Source: Dehalococcoidia bacterium (GTDB lineage: Bacteria > Chloroflexota > Dehalococcoidia > UBA2979). Taken from it: a DNA stretch of 64,000 nt. Positions 8,644 to 18,377 of this stretch are shown piece after piece. Under the pieces are notes generated by a model. It had not been told where the DNA came from. It did not search any database and was given only the letters and a program-made list of their open reading frames with translations. Where the stretch lies: contig OZ219871.1 of assembly GCA_964291495.2 (NCBI GenBank), forward strand, positions 576,001 through 640,000. Direction: 5' to 3'. Both the position numbers and the translations under genes were made by a program. Position 1 is the first letter of the stretch. The number at the start of each line of letters is the position of its first letter.

Positions 8644-9684
8644 TCAAGCGTCGCGCATCCCCTCGAGCACCCGGCCGGTGGCCGCCACCGCCGCGTCGAT
8701 CGCAGCGTCGTCGACATCGAGGTGCGTGACCATCCGCACCCGCTGCGGGCCGGTCCCGCTGCACAGCACGCCCTCGGCGGCAAGGCGCTCGCGGAACTCG
8801 ATCCCGTCCAGCGCGCCGTCGAGTTCGAAGAAGACGATGTTCGTTTCGGGCGTGGCGACCTCCATCGCTCCGCCCGGCAACGCGGCCAGCCCGTCCGCGA
8901 GCCGAGCCGCGCGCGCGTGGTCATCGCCGAGCCGCTCGACGTGGTATTCGAGGGCGTACAGCGCGGCGGCGGCGATCAGGCCGGCCTGCCGCATCGCGCC
9001 GCCCAGCTGGCGGCGCACCCCGCGTGCGCGGTCGATCACCTCGCGCGGTCCCGTCAGCACGGAGCCGACCGGCGCGCCGAGGCCCTTGGAGAAACAGAAC
9101 GCGACCGTGTCGGCGAGTCCGGCGATCGTGGCGGCGTCCGTCTCCAGCGCCAGCGCGGCGTTGAAGATCCGCGCGCCGTCGAGGTGCACCGCGGCGCCGG
9201 CGGCGCGCGCGACCTCGACCGCGCCGCGCATGCTCTCGAGGGGGATCGCCGCGCCGTTGCAGCGGTTGTGCGTGTTCTCGAGGCAGACCAGCGTCGTTCG
9301 CGGCGGCGTAGCGGGGTCGCGGATCACGTCTCGCAGCGCCGCAGGGTCGATGCGGCCGCGCTCGTCGTTGGCGACGCTGCGCAGGCTGATACCACCCAGC
9401 GCCGAGGCGCCGACCGCCTCGTGGTGCAGGACGTGCGACTGCGAACCAACGACCGCCTCGTCGCCGCGGCCGCAGTAGACGAGCAGCGAGAGCAGGTTCG
9501 CCATCGTGCCGCTCGGCACGTAGAGGGCGGCCTCCTTGCCGACGCGCTCGGCCGAGGCCTGCTCGAGGCGCTGCACCGTGGGATCGTCGCCGCGTCCATC
9601 GTCGCCGACCTCGGCGCGCGCCATCGCCCGGCGCATCGCCTCTCCGGGCCGGGTGACGGTGTCCGATCGCAGGTCGATGACCAT
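8644..9684 (-). CDS. ltaE: Low-specificity L-threonine aldolase
   Basis: IDLRSDTVT, PSGTMAN, LENTHN, HLDGARIFNA, FSKGLGAPVGS (PLP lysine), GGAMRQAG. Confidence 0.9.
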   Translation of the reverse strand: MVIDLRSDTVTRPGEAMRRAMARAEVGDDGRGDDPTVQRLEQASAERVGKEAALYVPSGTMANLLSLLVYCGRGDEAVVGSQSHVLHHEAVGASALGGISLRSVANDERGRIDPAALRDVIRDPATPPRTTLVCLENTHNRCNGAAIPLESMRGAVEVARAAGAAVHLDGARIFNAALALETDAATIAGLADTVAFCFSKGLGAPVGSVLTGPREVIDRARGVRRQLGGAMRQAGLIAAAALYALEYHVERLGDDHARAARLADGLAALPGGAMEVATPETNIVFFELDGALDGIEFRERLAAEGVLCSGTGPQRVRMVTHLDVDDAAIDAAVAATGRVLEGMRDA

Positions 9685-9694
9685 GCTCAACCTC

Positions 9695-10573
9695 TCACAT
9701 CCGCGCGACCTGCGGGATCACGAGGCGGCCCATCGCCTCCATGACCCGCGGGTCCTCGACACCCTGCAGGGAGCCGAGGATGGCGTGCGCCCCCGCCTCC
9801 GCGAGCTCCCCGATCCGCTCGACGACCTCGCCGGCGTGCTCGCCCGCGGGGCCCGGGTCGAAACGCATCGTGACGGTCCGCTCGATCGCCTCGTAGTCCG
9901 TGCCCTCCGCCTCGCAGTGCTGTTCGAGGATAGAGAAGAGACGCGTTGCGCCCTCGGGGCTGTTGCCCAGCACGTTGCACTGGTCCGCGTAGCGCGCGAC
10001 GAGGCGCAGCGTCTTCCGTTCGCCGCTACCGGCGACCATGAGCGGCGGCCGCGGCTGCTGGATCGGCCGCGGCGAGCACAACGTCTCGGCGAGCTGGTAG
10101 TGCGTGCCGTGGAACGGGCCGTCGTCGTCGCTCCACATCTGCAGGCAGATCCGGATTGCTTCCTCGAGCCGTTCGTAGCGTTCCCGCAGCGGCGGGAACG
10201 CCCACCCCAGGCCGAGGTGCTCCCGCTCGTACCAGGCCGCGCCGATCCCGAGCCAGGCGCGTCCCTGCGAGAGGACGTCGAGGCCCGTGACCTGCTTCAC
10301 GAGGAAGCCGGGGTTGCGGTAGGTCACCCCGGTCGCGAGGACGCCGAGCTTCACGCGCGAGGTGCGCGCGGCGATGTACCCGAGGACGCCGTACGCCTCG
10401 AACATCTCGTGCTCGGCCGGGCCGACGCCGGGAATCTGGAAGTAGTGGTCCATGACCGAGATGCGGTCGAAGCCGACCGCGTCGGCGCCACTCACGATCT
10501 CGTCCAGCTTTGCCGCGAACCCCGGCGCCTCGACGCCATACGTGAAGTTCGCGAGGTGCAGTCCCAGCTTCAT
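9695..10573 (-). CDS. LLM-class, probably F420-dependent oxidoreductase
   Basis: MDHYFQIPGVG, TGVTYRNPG, GIGAAWYEREH, GSGERKTLRLVARYAD; ATG overlaps the upstream stop. Confidence 0.9.
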   Translation of the reverse strand: MKLGLHLANFTYGVEAPGFAAKLDEIVSGADAVGFDRISVMDHYFQIPGVGPAEHEMFEAYGVLGYIAARTSRVKLGVLATGVTYRNPGFLVKQVTGLDVLSQGRAWLGIGAAWYEREHLGLGWAFPPLRERYERLEEAIRICLQMWSDDDGPFHGTHYQLAETLCSPRPIQQPRPPLMVAGSGERKTLRLVARYADQCNVLGNSPEGATRLFSILEQHCEAEGTDYEAIERTVTMRFDPGPAGEHAGEVVERIGELAEAGAHAILGSLQGVEDPRVMEAMGRLVIPQVARM

Positions 10574-11358
10574 GCAGCGTCTCCCTTGCCGTTCAGTGGG
10601 GCGTAGCGTGAGAGAAACAGGCGGACGACCTCGACCGAGTGGAGCGCGAAGGCGCGCTGCAAGTCGAACCCGTGCGGCTGGTCGGCGAAGACCGTGAGGT
10701 CCACGGGGACGCCGGCGCGGGTCAGCGCCTCGTAGAGCCGCACGCTCTGGTCGAGGGCGACCATCGTGTCGGCGGAGCCGTGCATGAGCAGGGTGGGCGG
10801 GAAGCCCGCTCCGGCGTGCGCCAGCGGGCTCATCGCGGCCCAGTCCGCCGTCGAGGGGTCCTCCGCCAGCTGTTGGGCGTGCTCCCAGGCGGTGCCGAGC
10901 GCTGGTTCGAGGCTGGTGATCGGGTAGTGGTTGATGCTGGCGGCGATCGGGCTCGTCTCGCCGCTCAGGCGGGCGGCGGCCAGCAGCGCCATGTGCGAGC
11001 CCGCCGAGAGACCCCACAGCACGAGGCGATCCGGATCGACGCCGAGGTCGCCACTCTGTTCCTGCATCCAGCGGATCGCCGCCAGGACGTCGTCGAGCTG
11101 CGCGGGCCACCTCGCCTCGCCGCTGAGTCGATACTCCGAGGCGACGCAGGGGTAGCCGTGGCGCGCCATGAGGATCCCGTAGCCACGCAGCATCGCCGGC
11201 GCGCCCATGTGCCAGCCCCCGCCGTGGACGAGCAGGATTCCCGGCTGCGCCTCGCTCTGGCCCGGTGGATGGAAGACGTCGCAGCGCAGCTCCCGGCCGC
11301 CCGCGGAGGCAAAGGCGACGCCTTCCTCGATCCGGACGCGCGCGTTCGGCTCGGCCAC
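10570..11358 (-). CDS. HSL-type alpha/beta hydrolase (esterase)
   Basis: HGGGW oxyanion motif, GLSAGSH nucleophile elbow, HGSAD, HGF; start GTG 11358 inferred. Confidence 0.85.
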   Translation of the reverse strand: MAEPNARVRIEEGVAFASAGGRELRCDVFHPPGQSEAQPGILLVHGGGWHMGAPAMLRGYGILMARHGYPCVASEYRLSGEARWPAQLDDVLAAIRWMQEQSGDLGVDPDRLVLWGLSAGSHMALLAAARLSGETSPIAASINHYPITSLEPALGTAWEHAQQLAEDPSTADWAAMSPLAHAGAGFPPTLLMHGSADTMVALDQSVRLYEALTRAGVPVDLTVFADQPHGFDLQRAFALHSVEVVRLFLSRYAPLNGKGDAA

Positions 11359-11366
11359 GTCTGCGA

Positions 11367-12566
11367 CTAGCCTTCCGGCTCGGGCGAGCGGCCTCGCGGC
11401 CGCAGCGCGTCCGGCACCTCGATGCCCGCGTCGACGAAGGCCTGGCGCTGTGCGGCGCGCACCGGGCGGAACAGCGTGCGATGCCCCTCGCGCGCCCACT
11501 CGAGGCTGTCCTCGAAAGGCTGCGCCTGGCCCTGGAAGCGCGGCATCACGTGGCGGGCGAACAGCTCGTAGCTGCGCCGCATCCGCCCGGTCGTGCGCGC
11601 CCACTCGCGGTGGTTGATGAGTATGCCGCCCACGCCGCCGGAAGCCTCGAGGACCTCCTCGATGGCGGCAACCGCGTCCTCCGGCGTGCCGATCGCCACG
11701 CCGGGCTGCTTCGCGAGCCAGTCGACGCTGTCGCGCCCGCCCTCGAAGCGGATGCCCAGCGTGCCGAAGTAGCCGCGGTTGAGCGCGAGCACGCCCTCGC
11801 GGATGTCCTCGAGCGCCTCTTCGCGGGAGTCGGCGAGGTGCATGGTCATGGTGACGCGCCAGTTGCGGCGATCGATCTGCCGGCCGTGGCGCTCGGCCTC
11901 CTCGCCGGCCCACGTCCAGGCCTGGGCCATCGTCCCGAGGCCGCCGGCCAGCTCGGAGGAGGCGACGGAGAGCATCCCCAGGCCGTGGCGCCCGGCCGCC
12001 TGCGCGCCGGCGGGCGAGGTGGCGTGCGCGACAAAGACCGGGACGTGCGGCTGCTGGTAGGAGGCCATCTGCAACCGCGCGTCGCGCAGCTCGTACCACT
12101 CGGTCTGCTCCGTCACCACCTCGCCGCGCAGCAGGCGCATGATCGCGTCGAGCGCCTCGCCCATCCGCCGCCGCTGCGTCGTCGGCTCGATGCCCAGCTG
12201 GTAGGCGTCGGAGTAGAGCGCGCCCGGGCCGACGCCGAAGTTGATGCGCCCTCGCGTCAGGTGGTCGAGCTGGACCATGCGATGGGCGAGGGTGAAGGGG
12301 TGGTGGTAAGGCAGGCTGACCACGCCCGTGCCGAGGCGGATGCGCCTCGTACGCTGCGCCGCGGCCGCGATGAACAGCGCCGGGTCACCGACCGTCTCCC
12401 AGCCGGCGCTGTGATGCTCCCCGATCCAGGCCTCGTCGAAGTTGAGGCGGTCGAGGAGCTCGATCACCTCCATGTCACGCTCGTAGGCGACCGTCGGGTG
12501 CTCGCCGGGCTCGTGGAACGGCTGGGCGAAGATCCCGAACTTCAGCGGCTCGCTTCGATCGGCCAT
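11367..12566 (-). CDS. LLM flavin monooxygenase (limonene 1,2-monooxygenase-like clade)
   Basis: FGIFAQPFH, EAWIGEHHSAGWE, GTGVVSLPYHHP, LDHLTRGR, GVGPGAL. Confidence 0.9.
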   Translation of the reverse strand: MADRSEPLKFGIFAQPFHEPGEHPTVAYERDMEVIELLDRLNFDEAWIGEHHSAGWETVGDPALFIAAAAQRTRRIRLGTGVVSLPYHHPFTLAHRMVQLDHLTRGRINFGVGPGALYSDAYQLGIEPTTQRRRMGEALDAIMRLLRGEVVTEQTEWYELRDARLQMASYQQPHVPVFVAHATSPAGAQAAGRHGLGMLSVASSELAGGLGTMAQAWTWAGEEAERHGRQIDRRNWRVTMTMHLADSREEALEDIREGVLALNRGYFGTLGIRFEGGRDSVDWLAKQPGVAIGTPEDAVAAIEEVLEASGGVGGILINHREWARTTGRMRRSYELFARHVMPRFQGQAQPFEDSLEWAREGHRTLFRPVRAAQRQAFVDAGIEVPDALRPRGRSPEPEG

Positions 12567-12594
12567 CGGCCGGCGCTCGCTTTCCTCGGGGCCC

Positions 12595-13713
12595 TCAGAG
12601 CAGGTCGCCGAGCTGCTTCGGATGCGGGTAGGGGTGCCGGAAGTAGACGCGCTCGGAGAAGACCTCGGGCGCACCCGCCAGCAGCTCGTCCCAGGCGGCG
12701 AGCAGCCGGTCCTCGCCCTCGTAGTCGAAGTCGCTCGCCTTCATGTTGTTGCCCCGGCCGTCCACCGTCGGCGGATGCTCGAGCCACCATTCGACGGTCG
12801 TCCGCACCCAGTCCTGCGGCCGCACGGCGTCCCGATAGCCGAGGTCGCCGCGCACGCCGCGCAGCTTGGCGTTGCTCATCAGCCGGTGGAACGGCTGCCC
12901 GCTGAGCGGCACGAACGTCCGCCCGGGCGGCGCGATGCTCCACGGGATCTCGACGAACTCGAACTCGTACCCAAGGACTCCGGCGATCAACTCGACCCAC
13001 TGCTGCGCCGTGAACTGCACGTCATCGGCGAGGTGGTAGATCTGCCCGGCCGAGCGCTCGGGCTGGTCGATCGCCAGGCCGATCGCGTGGCCGACGTTCT
13101 CCGAGGCGCAGCGCGTGCTCAGCGTCAGACCGCCGCCCTGGATGATGAAGCGCTTCCGATCGTCGAGGACTCGCTTGATGATCCGCCACTCGCTCGACAC
13201 GATGCTGTGCGGGCCATAGACGTACGGATAGCGGAAGTGCGTCGCCTCGTAGTGCCCGGCCGCGTGGCGATCCATGACGGCGCGCTCGGTCTCGATCATG
13301 CGATCGACGAAGGCGTCGACGCCGTCGTCCTCCAGCTCGTTCTCCTCGAACCCCGGAGTCAGCACCGGGCCGTCGTGCTCGGCGTTGTGGGGATCGCGGA
13401 CGTGCATCCAACCCTTCATGACGGGGAAGCCGCCAATCGTGATCAGGCGCGGCGTCTTGCCCTCGAGGGCCCCCGCCAGGTGGCGGATGCGGCCGTACGT
13501 CGCCACGACCAGGTCGAAGCTGCGGCCCGCGAGGTCGCGGGCGATCGTCTCCTCGAAGTGCGGCTCGCCGTGAATGTGCTCGAGGTCGTCCGGGAGGGAG
13601 TCGGCCTCGTGCAGCCCGCGGTGGTAGAGCGTCACGTCGTAGCCGCGGTCGAGCAGCCGCCGAACGACCGGAGGGCCGGTGGCTGCCGTGCCGCCGATGA
13701 CGAGTGCGCGCAT
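12595..13713 (-). CDS. NAD-dependent epimerase/dehydratase family protein (atypical SDR)
   Basis: MRALVIGGTAATG, LYHRG, FRYPYVYGP; RBS GGAGG. Confidence 0.8.
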   Translation of the reverse strand: MRALVIGGTAATGPPVVRRLLDRGYDVTLYHRGLHEADSLPDDLEHIHGEPHFEETIARDLAGRSFDLVVATYGRIRHLAGALEGKTPRLITIGGFPVMKGWMHVRDPHNAEHDGPVLTPGFEENELEDDGVDAFVDRMIETERAVMDRHAAGHYEATHFRYPYVYGPHSIVSSEWRIIKRVLDDRKRFIIQGGGLTLSTRCASENVGHAIGLAIDQPERSAGQIYHLADDVQFTAQQWVELIAGVLGYEFEFVEIPWSIAPPGRTFVPLSGQPFHRLMSNAKLRGVRGDLGYRDAVRPQDWVRTTVEWWLEHPPTVDGRGNNMKASDFDYEGEDRLLAAWDELLAGAPEVFSERVYFRHPYPHPKQLGDLL

Positions 13714-13905
13714 CGAGCCTCCTGGCGTGCTCCGTACCGCGCCCCTGGTGCGGTGCCCAGCCCCGATTCGTTCCCGTGCGTCGAGACGATCACCACCGGC
13801 CTCGAAGCAACCGGCGACGCGCACATACTACCTTCCGGGGGCCGGCCCGGCTCCCGAGGTGGCGTGGCATCATGCACGGGACCGCAGGCGAGAGAGGAGC
13901 CCGAC

Positions 13906-14733
13906 ATGGCCGACTGGGAGTTCATCGAGGTAGAGCGCGAAGGCCGCGTCGGCATCGTGCGCTTCAACCGGCCGGAGCGGATGAACGCGCTCGGCGCCGA
14001 GCTGGGGAGCGAGATCCGCGAGGCGTTCGAGGAGTTCAACGCCGACCCCGGCATCGGCGCGATCGTGACCACCGGCAACGGCCGCGCCTACAGCTCGGGC
14101 GCGGACCTGAGCGCGCGCATGGCCGGCGACTTCGACCGCCCGGAGCGGCGGCCGCCGGGCGCGCACCCCTGGACGCCCGAGTTCCTCGCGGTCGAGTGCA
14201 AGCCGCTGATCGCCGCGGTCAACGGGATCGCGCTCGGGATCGGTCTCACCTCGATCCTCTGGTACGACGCGATCGTGGCGTCGACGGCGGCGCGCTTCTC
14301 GATGCGCTTCGCGGCGATCGGCCTGACGCCGGAGGTCAGTTCCGCGTGGATGCTGCCCCGTGTGATCGGCCTCCAGGCCGCAAAGCAGATGATGCTGACG
14401 GGGCGGATCTACAGTGCGCAGGAGGCGCTGGAGCTGGGCCTGGTGCAGCGGCTGGTCGAACCCGACCAGCTGCTGCCCGAGGCGATCGCGCTCGGCCAGG
14501 AGATCGCCGCGAACCCCGCCTCGACGCTGCGCACAGTCAAGCAGATGACGTTCGACGCCCTGTTCGCGCCCGACCTCGAGACGGTGGAGCAGGACTCCCG
14601 GGTGAGGTTCGACGCCGCCCTGCAAACGCCCGAGCACCGCGAGGCGGTGCGCGCGTTCGTGGAGAAGCGCGCGGGCCGCTTCCACGACGCCGAGTACATG
14701 CGCGGCATCGCCGAGGAGATCGGGCAGGGCTAG
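13906..14733 (+). CDS. Enoyl-CoA hydratase/isomerase family protein
   Basis: NRPERMNAL, TGNGRAYSSGADL, KPLIAAVNG, GLTPE, LPRVIG. Confidence 0.9.
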   Translation: MADWEFIEVEREGRVGIVRFNRPERMNALGAELGSEIREAFEEFNADPGIGAIVTTGNGRAYSSGADLSARMAGDFDRPERRPPGAHPWTPEFLAVECKPLIAAVNGIALGIGLTSILWYDAIVASTAARFSMRFAAIGLTPEVSSAWMLPRVIGLQAAKQMMLTGRIYSAQEALELGLVQRLVEPDQLLPEAIALGQEIAANPASTLRTVKQMTFDALFAPDLETVEQDSRVRFDAALQTPEHREAVRAFVEKRAGRFHDAEYMRGIAEEIGQG

Positions 14734-14775
14734 CGGCTCGTACCCGCGGCACAAGCGCGAGCGGAGGACGCGCCG

Positions 14776-17073
14776 ATGAGTCCTGACCGCCGTGGACCGT
14801 CGTGGCTGGCGGGGGTCGCGGCGGGCCTCGTGGCGCTGGCGCTGCTCGCGGCCGGGTGCAGCTCGGATGACGCCCCGCCTCCCACGTCGACGCCTTCCGC
14901 GGCGGCCACGCCGCAGCCCACGACGACCCCCGCCGCCACACCCGCGCAAGCGGCGGAGGAAGCCCGGCCCGCCGACCCGACCGACGCCTACTTCGACCTC
15001 GAGCACGTACTGAACATCGCGATCGAGATCGCGCCCGAGGACTGGGACACGCTGCGCCATCAGGCCCGCACCCTCGAGGATCTGCTGGCCGAGATCGCCG
15101 AATACGGGCTCTCCCGGCCGTTCGCCGACATCTACACCTGGTTCCCGGCCACCGTGACGGTGGACGGCGAGGCGTACGCCGAGGTCGGCGTGCGGAAGAA
15201 GGGGTTCATCGGCTCCCAGAGCGACACGCGGCCCTCGCTCAAACTCCGCTTCGACAAGTACGTGGACGGCCTGGCGCTGGGCGGGGTCATGGAGCGCATG
15301 ACGCTGAACAACGGCCTCCAGGACCCCTCGCTGATTAACACCTGCCTGGCCCACCAGGTGTTCGCCGCCGCGGGGGTGCCCACTCCCCGGTGCAGCTTCG
15401 CGACCGTCTCGGTGAACGGGAGGAACCTCGGCCTCTACATCCACGTCGAGGAGATCAAGCCTCCCTTCCTCGCACGCCATTTCGCGAGCACAGAGGGCAA
15501 CCTCTACGAGGGCACGGTCAGCGACTTCACCCCCGAGTACCGCGGCACCATCGAGAAGAAGTCCAACGAGGACGAAGACGACTGGTCGGACATCGACGCC
15601 GTGGTCGCCGCGCTGCAAGACCCCTCCGAGGCCGGGCTGGCAGCGCTGGCCGAGATCGTCGACCTGGATCGCTTCCTCACGTTCTGGGCGCTGGAGGTGC
15701 TGGTGGGCCACTGGGACGGCTACACGGGCAACCGCAACAACTACCGCTTCTACCGGGAGCCGGGAGGCCGCTTCGTGTTCATGCCCTGGGGCGTGGACGC
15801 GGCGTTCCACCTGGAGGACGATCCCAACCCGTTCGACAACATCAGCGATCCCCCGCCCTCGGTGCTGGCCCTCACGGCCATCCCCAGCCGGCTCTACGGC
15901 GACGAGGAGTGGCGAGGGCGCTACGTCGCCCGCCTCAAGGAGCTGCTCGACAGCGTCTGGAACGAGGACGAGTTGCTGGGAAGCGTCGACGAGCTGGCGG
16001 CGATCGTCCGGCAGCACGCGCTGCCGGAGCAGCGGCCGGCCGCCGCTGCCGACGCCGAGCGGGTGCGCCAGTTCATCCTGAAGCGCCGTGCCGAGATCCT
16101 GGACGACCTGACGCCGCAGCCTCCGGAGTGGCCCGCTCCGGATCAGGCCGTCGCGGCCTCGGACGGACTCGAGCCCGGCACGGTCGAGGTGCGCTTCGAG
16201 ACGAATTGGGGAAGCAACAAGAGTCTCGATCCGCTCTCGGAGGGCGAGATCTCCTACCTCTCGGTGGACGGGGAGGAGCTGCCCGGCGACGAGCTGGGAG
16301 TGGTCGTCGGTCACGCCAGCTCGGAGGAGACGGCGGGGTTCGGCATCGGGGATGCGGCCTCGCTCGCCGTCATCAGCGTGCAGCCCGACGGCTCCGTGGA
16401 GGGCCTCACCGTCGTGCTGCCCATCGCGCGGCTGACGAGCGGGAGCACGCTGACCATCGGCGAGGACCGGATCGCGGGAGGCGTGTGGTCCATCCCGGCC
16501 GGAGGCTCGACCGTCGACAGCTTCACGCCGTTCAGCGCGGGCGTGCTGACGCTGTCGGAGGCGAGCGCCGAGGCGGGCGCGACGGTCTCCGGCAGCTTCT
16601 CCGGCGTCTTAGGCGGCATCCCCCCTCCCCTGCCGCCGGAGGACGAGGCAAGCACCCGCGCGGCTGCGAGTGATGCCGGCCTCGTGATCAACGAGATCGC
16701 CGCGCAGGGAGATCCGTTCGACTGGTTCGAGCTCTACAACTCGTCCGACTCCCACCTCGCCCTCGCCAACTTCGTCGTGGCCGACGACCTGTTGGACGCC
16801 GGCAAGCGGGTCGCATTCCCCTCGGAGCTGGTGATCCCGCCGGGCGGGTACCTCCAGGTGCAGCTCGACAAGGACGGCTGGCCGGGCTTCGCCCTCGGCA
16901 GGGACGAGGAGCTGGGCATCTGGACGGCCGACGGCGTGCTGGTCGCCGAGGTCGACTGGGACGAGGGCCAGGCCGACGAAGGCACGAGCTACGCCCGGGT
17001 GCCGGACGGCCGTGGTGAGTTCCAGACCGTGAGCACTCCCACCCCCGGCGCCGCGAATCAGCCCAAGGACTGA
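14776..17073 (+). CDS. CotH-family kinase lipoprotein with C-terminal lamin-tail domain
   Basis: Lipobox LAAGC and P/T linker; VGVRKKG, SLKLRFD, GLYIHVE, HWDGY..NRNNY, MPWGVD; LTD motifs VINEI..DWFELYN..SYARVPDG..PTPG. Confidence 0.88.
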   Translation: MSPDRRGPSWLAGVAAGLVALALLAAGCSSDDAPPPTSTPSAAATPQPTTTPAATPAQAAEEARPADPTDAYFDLEHVLNIAIEIAPEDWDTLRHQARTLEDLLAEIAEYGLSRPFADIYTWFPATVTVDGEAYAEVGVRKKGFIGSQSDTRPSLKLRFDKYVDGLALGGVMERMTLNNGLQDPSLINTCLAHQVFAAAGVPTPRCSFATVSVNGRNLGLYIHVEEIKPPFLARHFASTEGNLYEGTVSDFTPEYRGTIEKKSNEDEDDWSDIDAVVAALQDPSEAGLAALAEIVDLDRFLTFWALEVLVGHWDGYTGNRNNYRFYREPGGRFVFMPWGVDAAFHLEDDPNPFDNISDPPPSVLALTAIPSRLYGDEEWRGRYVARLKELLDSVWNEDELLGSVDELAAIVRQHALPEQRPAAAADAERVRQFILKRRAEILDDLTPQPPEWPAPDQAVAASDGLEPGTVEVRFETNWGSNKSLDPLSEGEISYLSVDGEELPGDELGVVVGHASSEETAGFGIGDAASLAVISVQPDGSVEGLTVVLPIARLTSGSTLTIGEDRIAGGVWSIPAGGSTVDSFTPFSAGVLTLSEASAEAGATVSGSFSGVLGGIPPPLPPEDEASTRAAASDAGLVINEIAAQGDPFDWFELYNSSDSHLALANFVVADDLLDAGKRVAFPSELVIPPGGYLQVQLDKDGWPGFALGRDEELGIWTADGVLVAEVDWDEGQADEGTSYARVPDGRGEFQTVSTPTPGAANQPKD

Positions 17074-17190
17074 GCGCCCGCGGGCCGGGCCGGGTCGGCG
17101 ACGGGTCGGCGAGCCCGAGACGCGGCGTCCGCGCCGTCACGAGGCCTATACTGCCCCGGCGCGGCGAGCCGGAGCAGCCCGGGAGGCACT

Positions 17191-18345
17191 GTGAAGATCG
17201 ACCTGTTCTACGAGTTCTGCCAGGGGACGGGCCGGCCCTGGCCGGCGGGCGCGGACCACCGCCTCTACCAGCAGGTGCTCGAGCAGGTCGATGTGGGCGA
17301 GGCCGCGGGCTTCAACTGCTTCTGGTCGGTGGAGCACCACGGCTCGGTCGAGTTCGCGCACATGCCGGCGCCCGAGATCTTCCTCACCGCGGTGGCGGCG
17401 CGCACGAAGCAGATGCGGGTCGGGCACGCGGTCGTGCTCACGCACCCCCTGTTCAATCACCCCATTCGCGTGGCCGAGCGGGCGGCGGTGCTGGACAACC
17501 TGAGCGACGGCAGGCTCGAGATCGGCTTCGGGCGCTCCACCGTCCGCGAGTGGGATGTCTTTCACATCGACGGCGAGACGACGCGCCCGATCCTCCGCGA
17601 GGCCCTCGAGATCATCCCGAGGATGTGGACGGAGGACGAGTTCTCGTACTCCAGCGAGCACGTCGAGATCGCCCCGATCACGGTCGTGCCGCGCGTGCTG
17701 CAGGAGCCCCACCCGCCGATGTGGATCGCCGGGGGCAGCCCAGAGTCGATCGAGCTCGCCGGACGCGGCGGCATCGGCTACCTCGGGCTGACGCTGTTCC
17801 AGCCCCTGACGGCGCTCGCCGAGAGCGTGAGCGCCTACCGCGAGGCGCAGCGCGAGCAGGAGCCGTTCGGCAAGGCGGTCAACAACCGCTGCGGCGCCTT
17901 CACCTACGTGTATTGCGCGGAGACCGAGGACGAGGCGATCCACGACGGCGGGCCCCAGGCGGCGGCCTGGTACCTCACCAAGGTCGCCGCGCTGCGGCTC
18001 GGCTGGAAGGCTCAGCGGGAGGGCGAGGAGTCGGCGGCGTTCGACCGGGCGGCGCAGATCGAGCGCATCGCCGAGTCCGGCGACAGCCCCGGCCGCACCG
18101 TGCTGATCAAGGTGCTTGAGGGAGCCGAGATCTCCAACGAGGAGTTCTTCGAGGCGATGGACGCCGAGGACCAGTTCATCGTCGGCACCCCGGACCAGAT
18201 CATCGAGAAGATGGAGCGCTACCGGGAGGTCGGGCTGGACCACATGATGTGCCTGGTCCAGGCGGGGCCGAGTCTCCCGCACGAGAAGATCATGAAGTCG
18301 CTCCGGCTCATGGGCGAGACGGTCGTCCCGCACTTCCACGACTGA
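17191..18345 (+). CDS. LLM flavin-dependent oxidoreductase
   Basis: WSVEHH, PAPEIFL, HPIRVAERAAVLD, GFGRS, QEPHPPMW, VGTPD. Confidence 0.92.
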   Translation: MKIDLFYEFCQGTGRPWPAGADHRLYQQVLEQVDVGEAAGFNCFWSVEHHGSVEFAHMPAPEIFLTAVAARTKQMRVGHAVVLTHPLFNHPIRVAERAAVLDNLSDGRLEIGFGRSTVREWDVFHIDGETTRPILREALEIIPRMWTEDEFSYSSEHVEIAPITVVPRVLQEPHPPMWIAGGSPESIELAGRGGIGYLGLTLFQPLTALAESVSAYREAQREQEPFGKAVNNRCGAFTYVYCAETEDEAIHDGGPQAAAWYLTKVAALRLGWKAQREGEESAAFDRAAQIERIAESGDSPGRTVLIKVLEGAEISNEEFFEAMDAEDQFIVGTPDQIIEKMERYREVGLDHMMCLVQAGPSLPHEKIMKSLRLMGETVVPHFHD

Positions 18346-18377
18346 GGCCGCCCGCTGCGGCGGAGGGGACACGAGCG

